Made by a program: the position numbers and the translations under genes. Under the pieces are notes generated by a model that worked only from the letters and a program-made list of their open reading frames with translations, made no database searches and had not been told where the DNA came from. DNA of 64,000 nucleotides from Octopus vulgaris (lineage: Eukaryota): NCBI GenBank assembly GCA_951406725.2, contig OX597817.1, positions 8,060,001 through 8,124,000 on the forward strand. The letters run 5' to 3'. This document shows positions 1 to 13,740 of this stretch, in pieces; position 1 is the stretch's first letter; each line of letters opens with the position of its first letter.

Positions 1-267
1 GAGAGTTAGTGACAGGAAGAGCATCCAGCCATAGAAAATCTACTCCACTAAAATCTGTCCAACCCAGGCAAGCATGGAAAAGTGGACACTAAAATGATGA
101 TGATGGTTTTATCCAAGTTATCATAGTTGTTGTTCAGCCTGATTGAGCAGGCTTATGATCAAATGCATTCCAGTCATAACCCTCTACTTTTTTCCTATTT
201 GTAGAGACCCCACCCATTACCACATTATCGAGTGTGTCATTTACTGAAACAATGGAATGTTGTTTAA

Positions 268-1012
268 CCCTTTAGCATTCAGATTATTCTGTCAAATGTA
301 ATGTTTTTTCATTCAAATTGTGTTTAATTAATCATGCATTATCTCATTGCTCTGAAATTTTGATGCTGTGATTGTATCATCATCATCATCATTGTTGTTG
401 TTTAACATCCGCTTTCCATGCTGGTGAGCCAGAAGGTTGCACCAAACTCCAATCTGATCTGGCAAAGTTTCTACAGCTGGATGCCCTTCCTAACGCCAAC
501 CATTCTGAGAGCGTAGTGGTTGCTTTTCCGTGCCACTGGCACAAGGGCCAGTCAGGCGATACTGGCATCAGCCATGCTCAATTGGTGCATTTTACATGCC
601 ACCTGCACAGGAGCCAGTCAGGCGATGCTGGCAACGATCACGCTCAGATGGTGCTTTTTACATACCACCTGCATAGGAGCCAGTCAGTGGCCCTGGCAAT
701 GATCATGCTTAAATGGTGCTTTTAACGTTCTACTGACACGGGTGCCAATCAGGCAGAACTGTCATCGGCCACAACAATGATTTCACTTGCCTCAACAGAT
801 CTTCGCATGCATAGTTCATTGTCCAATGATCGAAAGGGTACTCTTAAATGGGCTGGTTATACAGCACTGGCATAAACCACAGTTGTGGCCTCACTTGGCT
901 ATATTTTTAGAATAGCATTGAAGGGTTAGTGTGATAGGCTGGATCTGGCTGGTTAGAACATAAAATAGGTAACATGTTTGGGCTGAGTATGGCCAATTTA
1001 AAAGCTAAAGGG
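268..1012. mobile_element. piggyBac-type MITE interrupted by a SINE (about 376-899)
   Basis: TTAA-CCCTTTAGC...GCTAAAGGG-TTAA termini; related copies near 15590-15815 and 25890-26112. Confidence 0.7.
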
Positions 1013-1469
1013 TTAAGGAGATTTGACTGCTATGTCTAGCTATTTTAGCAACCAAATAGAGGGGTTCTTTATTTGTTTGTATTTCCACAGCAACAAGCAT
1101 CGAAGGATTTTACAAATTGCAAGTTTTATGCTGTTAAAAGTCCATCCTGCAAGTAACCATTCAATTGTGAAGTAAAAATATGATGTGTTCAAACAACATC
1201 TGACTATCATCATCGTCATTATTGTTTAACATCCACTTTCCATGCTGGCATGGGTTAGATGGTTTTACATGGAGCTAGCTAGCAGGTTACTGTTCAGGCT
1301 CCAGCTGTCTGTTGAGGCATGGTTTCTACGGCTGGATGCCCTTCTTAATGCCAACCATTTAACAGAGTGGGCTGGGTGCTTTTTACGTGCCATGTTTTAC
1401 TTTTATTGTGTGTTTCATTTGTGTTTGTTTTCTTTTTAAATCTGACTAGACATTTTTCTCAATTTCCAG

Positions 1470-1673
1470 GTGGCTTCTGAGCATTTTTACTTTTGGCTGT
1501 CGGGGCTCCATGACCTCTGTCTTGGTGATAGCCTGCTGACTGGGGCTCTCAACAAGCCACACCAATGTGACACTGGAACCACAAACATCAGCTCTCAATC
1601 AACAAAGAACAATCTGTCTTCAATGATTGGTGAGGCTTTGACTCATTATCAGCGAGGCATTTCCCAACTTCAG
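1470..1673 (+). CDS. INTS7: Integrator complex subunit 7, internal exon (VASEHFYFWL...YQRGISQLQ)
   Basis: ttccAG/GTaaac splice sites, 204 nt, phase 0; the peptide matches the VASEHFYFWL motif of vertebrate INTS7 as I recall it. Confidence 0.93.
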
Positions 1674-2302
1674 GTAAACTCTTGAGCTGCTATTTCTAAC
1701 ATCAGTTACACCATTATCATCCCTACCATTATCATTATCATCACTGTTGTAACTTAGCTGTTCAGCAGAAAAGTCTGATAGAATATGCACCAGGCTTACA
1801 GGGAATAAGTCCTGGGGTCAATTTCTTCAACTAAAGGGTGGTGCTCCAGCATGGCCACCATCAAATGACTGAAACAAGTAAAAGAATAAAAGAAAAGTGT
1901 TCTGTACCACTAAACGAAGATGTTCTGTTTACATTTGTGTCACTGAGATGTTTTGGCTGGATTATATCGTTATCAGGTTTTACCCTTCTTTCTAATATTC
2001 TGTAACTGTCACAGTATACTTTCCTACTATAAGCTGAAGTCCTGAAATTTTTGTGGGGAGAGGGCCAGTCAATTAGATCGACCCCTAGTATGCAATTGGT
2101 ATTTAATTTATCAACCTCGAAAGGATGACAGGCAAAGTCGACCTTGGCAGTATTTGAACTCAGAATGTAAAGGCAGACAAAATACAGCTAAGCATTTCGC
2201 CCGGCTTGCTAACGTTTCTGCCAGCTCACTGCCTTTAACTGTCACACTATAAAAACAGATCTCATGGCACCAGCACACAGTTTACAGATGCTTATATTTT
2301 TT

Positions 2303-2876
2303 ATGTAAAGTATAAAAGCCATCTCAATATGGCTAACCACAAAGTGGGGGAGTTACTGTAGCTTTTTAGCCCCAGGAGATCATCGTCTCCAGCTGGCTTT
2401 AGACACCCTTTCAGTGCCCTTGAAGTATTTGCAAAGGGAGGCCATCCCTTCCTCGCAAGCCTGAGTGATACGTACCGGACCGCGGTTTCGTGATTATTGT
2501 CTCTTATCAACGAGCTGTAACCACCAGGTCACGATGAAAGACAAGGCCCGCTTTGCAAATATATAAGAGTTTTTCTAGTGACGTCTGCCACTGATTTCGA
2601 AAAACTGACTGTAAGCATTATTAAATCTCAGAGCGAGATGTAAACAGTAACCGCTCGACAATGTAAAGTATAAAAGAGGAAGGGATGGCCTCCCTTTGCA
2701 AATACTTCAAGGGCACTGAAAGGGTATCTAAAGCCAGCTGGAGACGATGATCTCCTGGGGCTAAAAAGCTACAGTAACACCCACCCTTTGTGGTTAGCCA
2801 TATTGAGATGGCTTTTATACTTTACATTGTCAAGCGGTTACTTTTTACATCTCGCTCTGAGATTTAATAATGCCTA
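2303..2876. mobile_element. Penelope-like pLTR remnant with nested inverted repeats
   Basis: 2303-2454 is inverted at 2676-2827 and 2612-2675 is inverted at 2813-2876; contains a hammerhead-like motif. Confidence 0.6.
2475..2513 (-). ncRNA. Degenerate minimal type I hammerhead ribozyme (U3-A8 core)
   Basis: Minus strand TCG-TTGATAA-GAGACAATAATCAC-GAAAC-CGCG-GTC-CGG; stem I is weak. Confidence 0.5.
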
Positions 2877-4184
2877 TATTTTTTATATTTTCCGTGAATT
2901 TTTCACGGGTCCAGCTAGTAAATACTATTGGCAAACTTTAAATGTATGTCACTACTGCTCTCATTTCTCTCCAGCTGATAGCAAAAAAAAGGAAAAAAAA
3001 AAAAGAAAAAGAAAAAATTACAATCACCCCATAGTTAAATGGTATCAGTGACATTGATGTCATCCTCATTATCACAATCGTCATCCGGATTTCTGTCTGC
3101 TTTACCAATCCAGCTTAGGTTCTGTTTTGGGTGGTTGGTTTGGATCTGTAACAGATACAGTTGTGGAATAGGTCCACACATGTAGGGAAACTAAAACTGT
3201 CCCTCCCATACTTCAATGTAGGGGGTAAATTTGTGTGATGATAGCTTCATCGTCATCATTTAACTTCTGTTGTCCATGCTGGCATGGGTTGGACGGTTTG
3301 CTCAAAAACTGGTAAGCTTGAGAGCTGCACCAGACCCCAGTCTGATTTGGCATGGGTTTCTAAGGCTGGATGCCCTTCCTAACACCAACCATTTACAGAG
3401 TGTGCTGGGCGCTTTCATGTGGTGCCACACAGACACTTTTACGTGGCATTGCCACGAGTGCTTTACACTACCAGAGGGACCAGTCTTAACACTTCTGCTG
3501 CAGAGCATGGGTATTCTTGAGTGCAGCAAGGGGCCAGGCATCTTGGTCCTTTGTCATCTTGCCTGAAAGGTTCAGCATCCTGAGATTGTTCCTCCTGGGT
3601 CTTCCACATGTTCCATCTACTTTGAGAACTCAGCACTTCTTTATGAAGCTGTCAGCATCCAGCCAATTTGCTTCATCATCATCATCGTTTAACGTCCGTT
3701 TTCTGCGCTAGCACGGGTTGGACGGTTCGACCGGGGTCTGGGAAGCCAGGGCTGCACTAGGCTCCAATCTGATCTGGCAGTGTTTCTACAGCTGGATGCC
3801 CTTCCTAACGCCAACCACTCCGCGAGTGTAGTGGGTGCTTTTTACGTGCCACCTATGAATTGATATCAAGTAACAAGGCATTGTCGACATCTGGCTTACT
3901 TTGTCTTTGAGATTTGGTTTTAGTGATTTTTTTTGTTTTCTGTATCATTCTCTTGGTCAAGTTGACTTTAAACAAAAGGCGATTGTTGAGTAGTGAGGAC
4001 TTTTTGAATTTACAGAGCACAAGGTTATCATTCTAGGGCTAATGCCAGGTTGAGGTACATCCAATATATTCTATAATGTAGTTTGTGATCAAATAAAAAT
4101 GAGAGGTTGAGAAGGCCCTTTAGCCTGGCTGAGGTGCATGACAGCTCCTCTGGAGTTGATACTGTTATAAATGTCACCCAGTAT

Positions 4185-4564
4185 ACTTTATATATATAAA
4201 CGGCAAAATGTCTGTCTCAGTGTGTGTGTGCGTGTGTGTCCTTTATACAAATCCACAATTTTTCAGTTAGAGCGCTCGCACTTTCTATGGTCATTCAAAA
4301 CCGTCCAAGGGTGGTCGTGCATATCTTTACATTACCCTAGTCACCCCGCAAAGCCATTAAAAAATCAATAGAGGCGACTTTTTTGTGAATTTTCTATCCA
4401 AAGCCCAATCAAAATGCCTGAAACTTGATATGCCAATTGAATGCTAGCTAGCTGTATGTGATTGGTTGGAGATTTGGACAGTACTCGCATGTATGTATGC
4501 ACACACGCAGCTGTATATGCATGCACTAGCACTATGACCCGGCGTTGCTGGGTCATAGTACTAG
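4185..4564 (+). mobile_element. Non-autonomous Helitron
   Basis: Subterminal hairpin ACTATGACCCGGC/GCTGGGTCATAGT followed by CTAG. Confidence 0.7.
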
Positions 4565-4729
4565 TACTCTATAAAGTTGTTGATGAATGCTATAGAAACC
4601 ATGCCAAAACTGAAACATACATGTGAAATGTGGTCCTCCAGGAGAGCAGTAATTCTGAATAACTAACTTGGACCTTAACAACCCATGCAATCCTTGCCAA
4701 CACAAAATGATGATTTATCATTTATTGTT

Positions 4730-5132
4730 AAGTGGCTGTGTGGTAAGTAGCTTGCTAACCAAACACATGGTTGCGGGTTCAGTCCCACTGTGTGGCATCT
4801 TGGGCAAGTGTCTTCTGCTATAGCCCCGGGCCGACCAATGCCTTGTGAGTGGATTTGGTAGACGGAAACTGGAAGAAGCCTGTCGTATATATGTATATAT
4901 ATATATAAGTGTGTGTATATGTTTGTGTGTCTGTTTGTCCCCCTAGCATTGCTTGACAACCGATGCTGGTGTGTTTACGTCCCCGTCACTTAGCGGTTCG
5001 GCAAAAGAGACCGATAGAATAAGTACTGGGCTTACAAAAAGAATAAGTCCCGGGGTCGATTTGATCGACTAAAGGTGGTGCTCCAGCATGGCCGCAGTCA
5101 AATGACTGAAACAAGTAAAAGAGTAAAAGAGT
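4730..5132 (+). mobile_element. tRNA-type SINE family A (internal TA/TG microsatellite, AAAGAGTA tail)
   Basis: High-identity copies at about 6873-7287, 7787-8192, 8674-9070, 11437-12020, 16137-16529(-), 16784-17001, 29429-29818, 30004-30424(-), 37397-37840(-), 52089-52469, 53072-53462(-), 54459-54839, 58962-59316 and 63087-63494; head has A/B-box-like sequence (GTGGCTGTGTGG...GGTTCAGTCC). Confidence 0.85.
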
Positions 5133-5886
5133 ATAATGAAATGTGAATGAAACTGCGGTACCCACATATCTGCAGTGCTGGTCAATCAAGAGATCTATCT
5201 AGTAAACTGGATGGAAATCATGTTTGTACTATTTTTAGTTGTCCATGTACATGTTTCAACTTTGCTTCGTATCACTTAGGTGTGGTCTTGAATATATCTG
5301 CTTCTCAGAATTCTGTGAATGTGCCAAAGTTCAATGTGCCAGCTGGGTCTTCTAGTTGAATCAAAAGGAAGTTCTAAGTTCTGGCATTCATCTACTTCAC
5401 ATATTTCAGGTTCTTATTTCAGCCTTTGAAACAATGCAAGAGGCATGCTATACGAGTTGCAGGCAGATCATATTTGCCAGTAAAGATTCCACTTTATTAT
5501 TGGAGTAGATTTCAACCATATCTATTACATATCTCATCTATCCGGAGGCATAGGAAGCATATTTTTTCTACCACTTTTCACTGGACATGGTTGTCAGTGT
5601 GACCTATTCTAATTCTACTAATCAGGATATGTATTTATTTATTTATTTATTTATTTACATTTTACTGTTTTAGGAGTGGCTGGTGCTCAGTTTAACACCA
5701 CCTAATCCTTAAGTGCTTTCAGTTGGATCAATTCTATTGCAAGCATTTAGACAAAAACTCCTCTCGCCTCTCCTTCCATATTTTCCCTAGAGTTATCCAT
5801 GCTTGGCATTAACTACTTCAATCTCACCTGTCTGGGAGAGTCTCCAAATGTTTTAAACACAACCATTCTTTTCAGAACACTTTTAA

Positions 5887-6193
5887 TCATCATCATCATC
5901 ATTTAATGTCCATTTTCCATGCTAGTTGGACGGTTTGACCGGAGTCTGGGAAGCCAGGAGGCTGTGCCAGGCTCCAGTCAGATCTGGCAGTGTTTCTACA
6001 GCTGGATGCCCTTCCTAATGCCAACCACTCCGTGAGTGTAGTGGGTGCTTTTTACATGCCACCGGAACAGAGGCCGGAGGAGGCTGGCAAACAGCCACGA
6101 TGAGTTAGTGCATTTTACATGTCACCAACACGGACACCAGTCAGGTGACGCTGGCATCAGCCACGTTTGGATGGTGCTTTTTACATGCCACCT
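5887..6193 (-). mobile_element. Retroposon family B with (GAT)n tail
   Basis: Shared CTGGATGCCCTTCCTAACGCCAACCAC core; other copies at about 376-899, 1208-1392, 3247-3855, 10129-10408, 11242-11425, 14920-15300, 18925-19033, 21369-21650, 28542-28960 and 62533-62776. Confidence 0.8.
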
Positions 6194-6460
6194 GTTTAAT
6201 TCTCTGTTTATGCGTTTCATGCGTGTATTCATGTTGGGGTAATTGTTTTCACAACCAGATGCCCTTACTCAATAATGTAGTTGGGGTAGAATCTATTGTT
6301 TATTTGTAAGGTAAACTCAGAAAAGCACAGAGAAGTCCCTTGCTTAAGAAAACACTACAGAGATTTGAACTCCCTTGTATGTAATCAGTATTCCAATACT
6401 TTGACCTTTCAACCATTCTGTTGTTGTCATTCCGATCATTTCCTTTATTTTATTCTGCAG

Positions 6461-6655
6461 GCTGCCACAACACAAAATTTCCGTCTTCAGTTCCAGAGCG
6501 AATACTGCTCCTTGCGCTGTGAGCTTGTCCAGTTACACCAGCACCTGTGTCAGACTTGTTCCACCTTCCAGACATGTCCTCCTCCTGCAATAGCCTCTGC
6601 CATGGCTGTCACCAATTCTCGTGACATCAGTCGATGTGGTCCTGTAATCTCTCAG
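6461..6655 (+). CDS. INTS7: INTS7 exon (AATTQNFRLQFQ...TCPPPAIASAMA...CGPVISQ)
   Basis: ctgcAG/GTaaat, 195 nt; PPPAIA motif of INTS7. Confidence 0.93.
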
Positions 6656-9174
6656 GTAAATTGTCTCATTATAGCAATGTGTGTGTGTGTATGTGTGTTT
6701 TGTAAGAAAGAAAGAAATTTAGAACATTCTGAACCAGTGTTAAGAAATGCTCAAGAATACATCTAAGCTCATGAGGTCTAATGTAATGTGATGTGACAGT
6801 AAGTAATCAACCAGGTATGCATTATATTTCTCCATCAGCAAGGGTTGAGTGTTATTTGAAACCTTGACATATAGGTGCAGGAGTGGCTGTGTGGTGAGTA
6901 GCTTGCTAATCAACCACATGGTTCCAGGTTCAGTCCCACTGCGTGGCATCTTGGGCAAGTGTCTTCTGCTATAGCCCCGGGCCAACCAAAGCCTTGTGAG
7001 TGGATTTGGTAGACGGAAACTGAAAGAAGCCTGTCGTATATATGTATATATACATATATAAGTGTGTGTGTATGTGTTTGTGTGTCTGTGTTTGTCCCCC
7101 TAGCATTGCTTGACAACCGATGCTGGTGTGTTTACGTCCCCGTCACTTAGCGGTTCGGCAAAAGTGACCGATATAATAAGTACTGGGCTTACAAAGAATA
7201 AGTCCCGGGGGTCGATTTGCTCAACTAAAGGCGGTGCTCCAGCATGGCCGCAGTCAAATGACTGAAACAAGTAAAAGAGTAAAAGAGTATACTTGTATTT
7301 TTGCAGTTGATTGCTCTTTATATTGCTAACCAATTATGTGTCAATTAAGATATGACCTGAAACATTATATGTAAATGAGGCTTATTACATTAATTAAAAC
7401 TTTATGATAAAACTGAACTGTAAGGTTTATAAGATTATCATGGATATCTCTTCTGGTTCTAACTACATCACCAACTAATCAAATGAACTTTTAACAGTTT
7501 TGTGTGTTCTCATTTTTCTACACAAAATAGTATGGATGGTGGTTAGCACCAGAAAAGATATCCAGTTACAAAACCTATAGTCTGAAAGGGAGTTGGGATT
7601 TTAAGCAGTGGTTCTCAACCTTTCGTAGGTCAGTGTGGCCCCTTTCATAGAATACCATTTTACTAATGCACTGTCTTCATGTGTTTTACAATGAAGAATG
7701 AAAAAAAAAAAACAAACCCCCAACAGATCTAGCAGAAGCTAATTTTGTTGTGTTTTAATATCTGCCTGTTCTAATATTTATATATAGGCGCAGGAGTGGC
7801 TGCGTGGTAAGTAGCTTGTTTACCAACCACATGGTTCCGGGTTCAGTTCCACTGCGTGGCACCTTGGGCAAGTGTCTTCTACTATAGCTTCGGGCCGACC
7901 AAAGCCTTGTGAGTGGATTTGGTAGACGGAAACTGAAAGAAGCCTGTCGTATATATGTATATATATGCGTTTGTGTGTTTGTGTTTGTCCCCCTAGCATT
8001 GCTTGACAACTGATGCTGGTGTTTTTACGTCCCCATTACTTAGCGGTTCAGCAAAAGAGACCGATAGAATAAGTACTTGGCTTACAAAAGAATAAGTCCC
8101 GGGGTCGAGTTGCTCGACTAAAGGCGGTGCTCCAGCATGGCCGCAGTCAAATGACTGAAACAAGTAAAAGGAGAAAAAGAGTAAAAAGAGAGTAATATTA
8201 CCCCACCCAACATGTGCCCCTTTTGAGATATTTGCATGGACTGGCATCCCTTTTCATGGAAATTACTAACAAAAGGGAGGTCTCATATAATGAAATTATA
8301 TGGAACCTTGGCATGTCATTAGTCATGGTTTTGTTTACTGATAATGCAATGTCCTATTCATATTTTAATTCTAACAAAGATTTTTTTTTTTTTTCAAAAA
8401 TATGGTTAAAATATAAATATTGTACTTAGTTTTTATTTCTGAGAAAAATCATGCCCCAGTCTCTCTAAATACTCAGAACCTTCCACACTGCCATCTTGGC
8501 ATTTAGCACCACTTTGTAAGCTCACAATGCACCCCCCCCATGCCATCCCCAAAAGGATATTATCACTTAGGTTGAGAACCACTGTTCCTGGCACAGGCTT
8601 CCAGCGTGCCAGCCCAGTCAACCCATGCCAGCATGGACAACGGACATTAAATGATGATAATGATATCTTAATAGGCGTAGGAGTGGCTGTGTGGTAAGTA
8701 GCTTGCTAACCAACCACATGGTTCCGGGTTCAGGCCCACTGCGCGGCATCTTGGGCAAGTGTCTTCTGCTATAGCCCCGGGCCAACCAAAGCCTTGTGGG
8801 TGGATTTGGTAGACGGAAACTGAAAGAAGCCCGTCGTATATATGTATATATATATATGTATGTGTGTGTGTATGTTTGTCCCTCTAGCATTGCTTGACAA
8901 CCGATGCTGGTGTGTTTACGTCCCCGTCACTTAGCGGTTCGGCAAAAGAGACCGATAGAGTAAGTACTGGGCTTACAAAGAATAAGTCCCGGGGTCGATT
9001 TGCTCGACTAAAAGGCGGTGCTCCAGCATGGCCGCAGTCAAATGACTGAAACAAGTAAAAGAGTAAAAAAAAGAAAGTAAAGTTAATATTGTGTAAATTT
9101 TGCACCTGATAATAATTTCATTCCAATAATTGTTCCTTTGCACTTTTGATATTTTCTTGTGTTCAATATTTCAG

Positions 9175-9278
9175 CTATTAAAATGCCAAAACAGCTACAG
9201 TAATTTAAGTCAGAAATTTTTGGATCTCTATCAGTCTTCATTTGATGCAGACCCTGCTTCCTTAGCCAATATGCAACT
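9175..9278 (+). CDS. INTS7: INTS7 exon (LLKCQ...DLYQSSFDADPASLANMQL), ends at a U12 donor
   Basis: ttcAG acceptor; DLYQxSFDAD motif; followed by GTATCCTTT. Confidence 0.92.
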
Positions 9279-10644
9279 GTATCCTTTAAAAATGTGTGTG
9301 TGTGTGTGGTATTTGTGTATAAAATGCCTCTTGTTTTTATCCCAGCAAAATAGTAACCATGGAGAGTCTTTGCTACTGGGTTGAGTAACATCAACAAGAA
9401 ACCACTTACATAGATGCTTGATCTGCTGGAAAAGTAAATGAATTACTGCAAAAGGCACTATAGAGTCTAGGGTACAAAGTACTTGGTAGAATTACCATAG
9501 ATCAACTCAATTAGGGCTGATCCAGTACCAAACACAACACAAAGCTTAGCATCTTTAGAGCAGAGAAAATAGCATATTACAATGCCATGCTCATACAAAA
9601 GGTTGTTAAGAGCTATGTGCTAAGTTTTAGCATAAATGTAAGGATTGACTCTCTCATTGTAGCCTGGATACTGCAGCAGAAGTTTTTGAAGGTATTTTTA
9701 ACCCCTTCGTTACCAACCCGGCTGAAACCGGCTCTGGCTCTGTAGTACAAATGTCTTGTTTTCATAAGTTTTGAATTAAAATCTTCCACCAAACCTTAGT
9801 CACAATTTATGTTCCTAACACTAGCTGAATGATAACTAAGTTATTTTACTAAATTCTTTGTTATATTTAAAGTAATTGAAAGAAACACAGAGCATCCCAA
9901 AATAAATACAGTAATGAAAGGGTTAAAATACATCTTCTTCCACAATATTACTATTATTTATCATTGTTTCAATATACATTGTTGTTGTTGAGCCCTAGTC
10001 CAACCCTGATTAAACAGATCTGTGGTCAGAAGAGTCCAGCCATAGTCATCCCATCATATCCGCATCTGCCGTGCCAGCCTCGTCTCAGAAGAGTCCAGCC
10101 ATAGTCATCCCATCTTTTTTTTTTTTTATATCCGCATCTGCCGTGCCAGCCTCGCCTGGCCTCCGTGCCGGTGGCACGTAAAAAACACCATCCAAGCGTG
10201 GCCGTTCACCAGCCTCATCTGGCACCTGTGTCAGTGGCACATAAAAAGCATCCACTACACTCACGGAGTGGTTGGCGTTAGGAAGGGCATCCAGCTGTAG
10301 AAACACTGACTGGCCTGGTGCAGCCTTCGGGCTTCCCAGACCCCAGTTGAACCATCCGACCCATGCTAGCATGGAAAGCAGACGTTAAACGATGATGATG
10401 ATGATGATCTGCTACAGATTATATTAGTCAGTCAGTGTACACCCATCTCTATTTTTCTTTTTGAGTACAGTAAGGTGTAATTTGAGGAAGATTTGGCAGC
10501 TATTTCAACTTGGCTCAATGATGAAACAGAAGTCCTCTGAGATATATTCTTTCTGGCTGGTTTGCATAGGAAAAATGTTCTATGTAAATCGTTAAGTGAT
10601 TGATGTGGTTGTTGGTGTGAATTCCTTAACAGGTCCCTCTATAG
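9279..10644 (+). other. INTS7: U12-type (minor spliceosome) GT-AG intron of INTS7
   Basis: 5' splice site GTATCCTTT (9279-9287); branch site TTCCTTAAC (10622-10630) about 15 nt before AG (10643-10644); little polypyrimidine tract; frame continues in phase 2. Confidence 0.92.
9702..9922. mobile_element. piggyBac-type MITE inside the U12 intron
   Basis: TTAA TSD with CCC...GGG TIRs; second copy inverted at 24978-25197. Confidence 0.75.
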
Positions 10645-10707
10645 ATTATACACAAGCAGTGAATTAATGAAGGCAGTAATTAACACCATCCTCACAGGGC
10701 AAACAAG
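10645..10707 (+). CDS. INTS7: INTS7 63-nt exon (LYTSSELMKAVINTILTGQT)
   Basis: Follows the U12 branch site and AG, ends AG/GTaggt; phase 2-2 links the flanking exons in frame; not in the ORF track. Confidence 0.85.
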
Positions 10708-11603
10708 GTAGGTAACCTTTATTGCAAAAATAAAAAGAAAAAACCTTTTTATCTCTTCAAAAATTATGTCATCATTGATACAGACATTAGACCTTATTAA
10801 GAAGTCTTTAGATCCAATGCTTAATCAGAGTTCTTCTGACTTTCTGCACTCAAATCTTGCTAAGGTTAACTTTGCCTTTCATCGTTTTGGGTCTAATAAA
10901 AACATGCGAAATGAGAATTGTCAGGGTTTCAGTCCAGATATTTTGGGGATTTTAACTTAGATTGTAAAGACATTTCTGAGTTCAAATCATGCTATAACCA
11001 GTTTAACACAGTCACTTGAATTCTTGGGTGCTTTTAGTTGAATGTCCTCTGTTGCAAGTATTCAAGCCAGGTCTCTGATTTGAGGACACCTTTTCTTTTC
11101 ACCACCAGTCTTGGAGGCCCTATAAAGGCTTATGGGAACTGCTTTCTCTTTTGACTAAAATATTGCAAAAAAAAAAGGAACAACAGACCCAGTGACTGAG
11201 CTCAAATTGTGTATTTATTGTTTAACATTCTGTATTCTCTGTCATCATCATCATCATCGTCACCATCATATAATATTTGTTTTCCATGCTGGCATGTGTT
11301 GGATGGTTTGACAGGAGTTGGCCAGTTGAAGAGCTACCTCGGCTCCATGTCTGTTTTGGTAAGGTTTCAATGGCTGGATGCCCTTTCTAATGCCAACCAC
11401 TTTACAAAGGGTACTGGGTGCTTTTAATTGAAACAAGCGCAGGAGTGGCTGTGTGGTGAGTAGCTTGCTAACCAACCACATGGTTCCGGGTTCAGTCCCA
11501 CTGCATGGCATCTTGGGCAAGTGTCTTCTACTATAGCCTCGGGCCGACCAAAACCTTGTGAGTGGATTTGGAAACTGAAAGAAGCCTGTCGTATATATGT
11601 ATA

Positions 11604-11801
<198 letters not shown>

Positions 11802-13112
11802 TTGTGTTTGTGTGTTTGTCCCCCTAGCATTGCTTGACAACCGATGCTGGTGTGATATGTTTCCGTAACTTAGTGGTTCGGCAAAAGAGACCGATAGAAT
11901 AAGTACTGGGCTTACAAAGAATAAGTCCCGGGGTCGATTTGCTCGACTAAAGGTGGTGCTCCAGCTTGGCCGCAGTCAAATGACTGAAACAAGTAAATGA
12001 GTAAAAAAGTAAAAGAGTAAGCCTGCAAGATTAGGATCACTTAGCTGAAGAGGAATGCAGAGGAGATGCCTGTATGCAAGAACAGCCTCAATTTTATTTA
12101 GATTGATGGTTATAATATCTAACAGTATTTACATTAAAATCTTGCTACTTAAGTGACTGCTGTAGTTCCGTATTGAAACAAATATGAAATGTCCTTTTTT
12201 TTATATATATTTAGTTGTAGCCAGAAGGGGATGCACACATTATTTTAGACCATGAAAAGGTGAAGTAGTTACCTTGGGTACAAGCATGAAGTGATGTAAA
12301 AATGTCCCCTGACCTAAATTGCCTATTAATAAATATATTTCTTTACTACCCACAAGGGGCTAAACATAGAGAGGACAAACAAGTACAGACAAAGGGATTA
12401 AGTCGATTACATCGACCCCAGTGGGAAACTGGTACTTTATTTATCGACCCCGAAAGGATGAAAGGCAAAGTCGAATTTGGTGAAATTTGAACTCAGAACG
12501 TAATGACAGACGAAATACGGCTACGCATTTCACCTGGTGTGCTAACGATTCTGCCAGTTCGCCGTGGACAATCGCCTATTAATAAATAATTGTGCCCTTC
12601 CCTAGGATGCTGCATAGTTGCTTTTATATTAAGTAAATATGAAACTGTGTTTTGTGATTTGTGGATAATTCCAGTTATGTGGCTGTAAAATACTGGATGA
12701 CATAAATATCTAAGTGACTTTCATTTCATGTGATTAAACCAAGTTGGCTGTAATTTTTTAGTTCCTGGTTTTCAGTTGTGATATTGTGAGATGTTACACT
12801 GTAACTTAATTTTAACTTGAGTGCATGACAGAAATTAAGTTTTCTTTTTTTTTTTTTTCGTTGTTGTCATTAAATGGGCAGTAATGAGTCATAAAACAAA
12901 TAATTAAAACATTTCAGAGATGAGATCACCTAAAAAAATATCCCCCTCCTCACCTTGCAGTCATTGGATCCGTGGTATCGTTTGATAAAAATACGTATCA
13001 TTATCATAACTAGAATATCGTTGGCTGAAGGAAATCTGACCTACAGCTAAACAGTAACAACAGCAATATGAACTGGGTGTTGGACAGTACTTAGTGTGGC
13101 TGTTGGAAGTCG

Positions 13113-13451
13113 GAGACCCCCTTCGGTCACGACACAGACCATGGGATTGCACCTAGAAAGTTACCCTCCTAGACACAAGTCCGGGCGAGGTTGTTTATGG
13201 AAAACCAGCAGTCGCCCATGCATATCAGCCTCCCCTATCCAAGCCACCAGTGTTATCCAAGGGAAAGGCAAAGGGGCTGATACAGCTTGGCACCTGTGAC
13301 ATCGCAACTCATTTCTACAGCTGAGTGAACTGGAGCAACGTGAAATAAAGTGTCTTGCTCAAGAACACAACATGCAGCTCGGTCCGGGATTCGAGCTCAC
13401 AACCTCACGATTGTAAGCTCGACGCTCTAACCACTGAGCCATGCGCCTTCA
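13113..13451 (-). mobile_element. tRNA-derived SINE family D
   Basis: Head GGCTCAGTGGTTAGAGCG...TCGAATCCC; copies at 57551-57876(+) and 29266-29963(-, split by a family A SINE). Confidence 0.8.
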
Positions 13452-13740
13452 CCATTGGAAGTAGTGGGAGGTATATTGTAGTGATGACAAGGGCTGGCCT
13501 AAGGTGGAAATAGTCTGCAGCATAATGGAGAAGTTAGACCATAAAATCTCAAATTCAGATCTTTCAGGAACTATTGTTTTGTGGGCCCTGAACAGTTCTG
13601 CTTTCTCTTGTTTATCTGACCTGAAAACCAGGTTCTACTTCTACTTCATTGAAAAATAGATGTAAAAAGTGGGCAAAGATGAGCAAAGATATACACATAA
13701 GCATGGGTTCCTTTAGAGTACTAAATCAGCCTGTCTAACC

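Noticed and set aside
5200-5830. Possible ancient LINE remnant
   Set aside because: Too degraded to support any motif by eye
10027-10155. Local duplication at a SINE junction
   Set aside because: Ordinary by-product of retroposon insertion with no further structure
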